From positions 44,454,001-44,518,000 of the forward strand of contig NC_043010.1 in the NCBI RefSeq assembly GCF_006345805.1: 64,000 bases of DNA. Reading direction: 5' to 3'. The notes beneath the pieces were generated by a model. The model worked only from the letters and a program-made list of their open reading frames with translations. It was not told where the DNA came from and searched no databases. This DNA is from Octopus sinensis. Its lineage: Eukaryota. This document shows positions 61,371 to 64,000 of this stretch, in pieces (position 1 is the stretch's first letter; each line of letters opens with the position of its first letter). Both the position numbers and the translations under genes were made by a program.

Positions 61371-61894
61371 TACCGTAAATCCTCGAGTATAGTCTGCCCT
61401 TGAGTATAATATGCAGGGTATTTTTAGGGAGCTGTACCTCTGATAAACTTAAACCTTGTGTATCATACGCACCCCTTCTCTAACTTGAGTCAAGGAGGTC
61501 TATATAACGTCCTTGGTTTGTAAAAATGTATACAGTAAAATGTATATGTCCTTTATTATTATTGTATATATAACATAATGCAAACGTGTAGCGTTTTTGG
61601 GCATTTTGTTTGCAGAAAATAAATAAATAACAGTAATAACATTTAATAAATGTTACTTATTTCAAGTTATGGATGATTCTTTAATGACTTCATTGCTTTC
61701 AGGCTTAGCTTAGGGTATTTTCGTGCCCGACATCGCAAAATGCGTCTGAATAAACATTACCAGACAGCAAATAGAGACTCGGATATTGCTTAGAAAATAT
61801 TTTTCACTTTTAACCTCGTATATAGTACGCACTTGGGATTTTGACTTTTAAATTTTGGGGAAAAAATGCGGATTATACTCGAGGATTTACGGTC
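61371..61894. mobile_element. Tc1/mariner (Tc2/pogo-like) MITE
   Basis: TIRs accgtaaatcctcgagtata(g/a)tc at 61372-61394 and 61871-61893; TA at the left flank. Confidence 0.8.
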
Positions 61895-62112
61895 CTCTTT
61901 CTCCCCACCTAGAGTTTTATTTAGGGGGAGAGCAATCGTACTAGTTGTTTGTTAAAAAATAGAGTTCTCCCCCTTGTAGTTCTAGCTTTCTTACTCTATA
62001 CCAGAGATTCTCAACGTAGGCAGTATCACAATTAACATACTAAATTTTACCTATAATAGTGATTATATTATACATGATAAAACTAGTAAAAGTTATTAAA
62101 ATTTTGAACGTA

Positions 62113-62277
62113 GGCACAGGAGTGGCTGTGTGGTAAGTAGCCACTCCTTGTTTACCAACCACATGGTTCCGGGTTCAGTCCCACTGCGTGGTACCTTGGG
62201 CAAGTGTCTTCTACTATAGCCTCGGCCCGACCAAAGCCTTGTGAGTGGATTTGGTAGACGGAAACAAGCCCGTCGTA

Positions 62278-62320
<43 letters not shown>

Positions 62321-62525
62321 GTGTGTGTGTCTGTGTTTGTCCCCCTAGCATTGCTTGACAACCGATGCTGGTGTGTTTACGTCCCCGTTACTTAGTGGTT
62401 CAGCAAAAGAGAGCGATAGAATTAGTACTGGGCTTACAAAGAATAAGTCCTGGGGTCGATTTGTTCGACTAAAGGCGGTGCTCCAGCATGGCCGCAGTCA
62501 AATCACTGAAACAAGTAAAAGTGTA
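62113..62525 (+). mobile_element. SINE family A, full-length
   Basis: Near-identical to 192-592 with a small head insertion. Confidence 0.9.
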
Positions 62526-62926
62526 AGTGTATAACAAGGAGAATATTTTGGCTGGATATACATGGCTGGTTTAAATGCTGAAGGGCTAAGCATGGTGTAT
62601 CAGCTGCATTCCTGCTTTTCACTTCTATATTCAGTAATGTGAACGACTTTTACTACCAGAACTTGAAACGTGTTCTGCCACTGGTCAAGAAAATCTATGA
62701 CCAAATACATCCCACTATGACCATCACACTTCTTTAGAGCCATGTAGGATTACATTATCTAATATGTCCTTTTATTATTTAAGATAGGAGAGTGTGCTTT
62801 GAGGGGGATTTGGTTCTTATTTCTACTAAGTTGAGTAACCACATTAATGCTAAAGCTGGTGTTCAAAGAACAATGAAGATAAATGAGATGGTAAATCACT
62901 GAAATTTCATTTTAGCCCTCTCAAAT

Positions 62927-63340
62927 CATCATCTTTTTAATGTCCACTTTTCCATGTTTGCATGGGACAGAGAGAATTTGTTGAGGCAGATTTTCTACAT
63001 CCATATACCCACCCTGTCACCAACACACACCTGCTTCCAAATAAATTAAAATTTCCCCATAACCAGACGTTTCCACAGAAGAGCAGGAATGAAGAATGAC
63101 ATTTCCATGATAGTGACAATTCTTTACAACTATTATATAAAATTAAGGCAAGAAAACAGTAACACACACACACATATAGATATGACAGGCTTCTTTGAGT
63201 TTCCATCTACCAAATCTACTCACAATGCATTTGTCAACCTGGGACTATAGTAAAAGACACTTGCTCAAGGCACCACACAAGGGATCTGAACTTAAGACCG
63301 TGTGGTTGGGAAGTAGACTTCTTACCACACAGCCATGCCT
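62927..63340 (-). mobile_element. SINE A' (family A head with RTE-like tail)
   Basis: Head ggcatggctgtgtggtaagaag; tail gcaaacatggaaaagtggacattaaaaagatgatg. Confidence 0.75.
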
Positions 63341-63344
63341 AAAT

Positions 63345-64000
63345 TCTCATTGAGAATTTGCTCTAAACTTTGCCCAGCCTAATCTTATTCTAACAGCTGT
63401 CTTCTACCTCTAGCTTACTCCCATGGCAGTTGATGGAGTCTATTTTCTTTACATTTTTTTGTGTTTATTGTACCTGTGCATCTACCACACACAAAAGCTA
63501 TTTTCTCTGTGTCCAAAGCTTACACCAGTTGCATCTTACAGACATACTACCTACACCTTTTATACCTCAAGGGACTTGTGATTTGTCTGTCTTCCTACTT
63601 ACTAAGACTTTGGTTTTTGCTAGTTTAACTTTAAGGCCCTTTGATTCTAGACCTTGTTTCCACACCTGGAACTTCTCCCATTCTGGTAGTGATTCAGCTA
63701 TAAGAACATGGTCATCAGCATAGAGGAGCTCCCAGGGGCAACCTGTTTTAAATTCTTCTGTTATTGCCTGGAGGACAATAATGAACAAGAGTGGGGTCTT
63801 AGGACCAATCCTTGGTGAACCCCTACTTGTACCCTGAGTTCTTCGCTGTACTCATTGCCAATCTTCACCTTACTGGTAGCATCTCTGTACATGGCTTGTA
63901 CAGCTCTCACCAACCACTTGTCTATCCCTAGTTTCCACATTGACCACTAGATAAGGATTTGAGGACCCTGTCAAATGCTTTCTCCAAGTCGACAAAGGCT
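63345..64000 (-). mobile_element. RTE/RTEX LINE reverse transcriptase fragment (runs off the window end)
   Basis: AFVDLEKAFDRV; GVHQG; FIIVLQAITEEFKTGCPWELLYADD...GLESKGLKVKLAKTKVL; frameshifts present. Confidence 0.9.

Overview
AT-rich eukaryotic genomic DNA. The SINE families match those I recall from octopod cephalopod (Octopus) genomes; this is an inference, not a search result. No intact long ORF, rRNA, true tRNA or CRISPR array is visible. Most of the ORF track comes from SINEs, microsatellites and LINE relics. The window is dominated by at least four interspersed repeat families (A, B, C, D), decayed LINEs (RTE/RTEX, CR1, R4/Dong-like with restriction-like endonuclease), MITEs (Tc2/pogo-like, hAT-like, piggyBac-like), a Helitron 3' end and many microsatellites. 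CpG is visibly depleted at about 1-43,200 and 52,200-64,000 but retained at about 43,200-52,200. This suggests two methylated gene bodies flanking an unmethylated promoter/intergenic block. Several short minus-strand exon candidates are phase-compatible, but the protein cannot be identified. The most unusual signals are: small microsatellite-embedded fold-back elements carrying degenerate hammerhead-ribozyme-like motifs (Penelope-like/retrozyme-like; one copy has a motif on each strand), a 143-bp near-perfect local inverted duplication, a hairpin-containing 105-bp triplication of a retroelement 3' end, and R4-like elements stacked in (AAT)n tracts.
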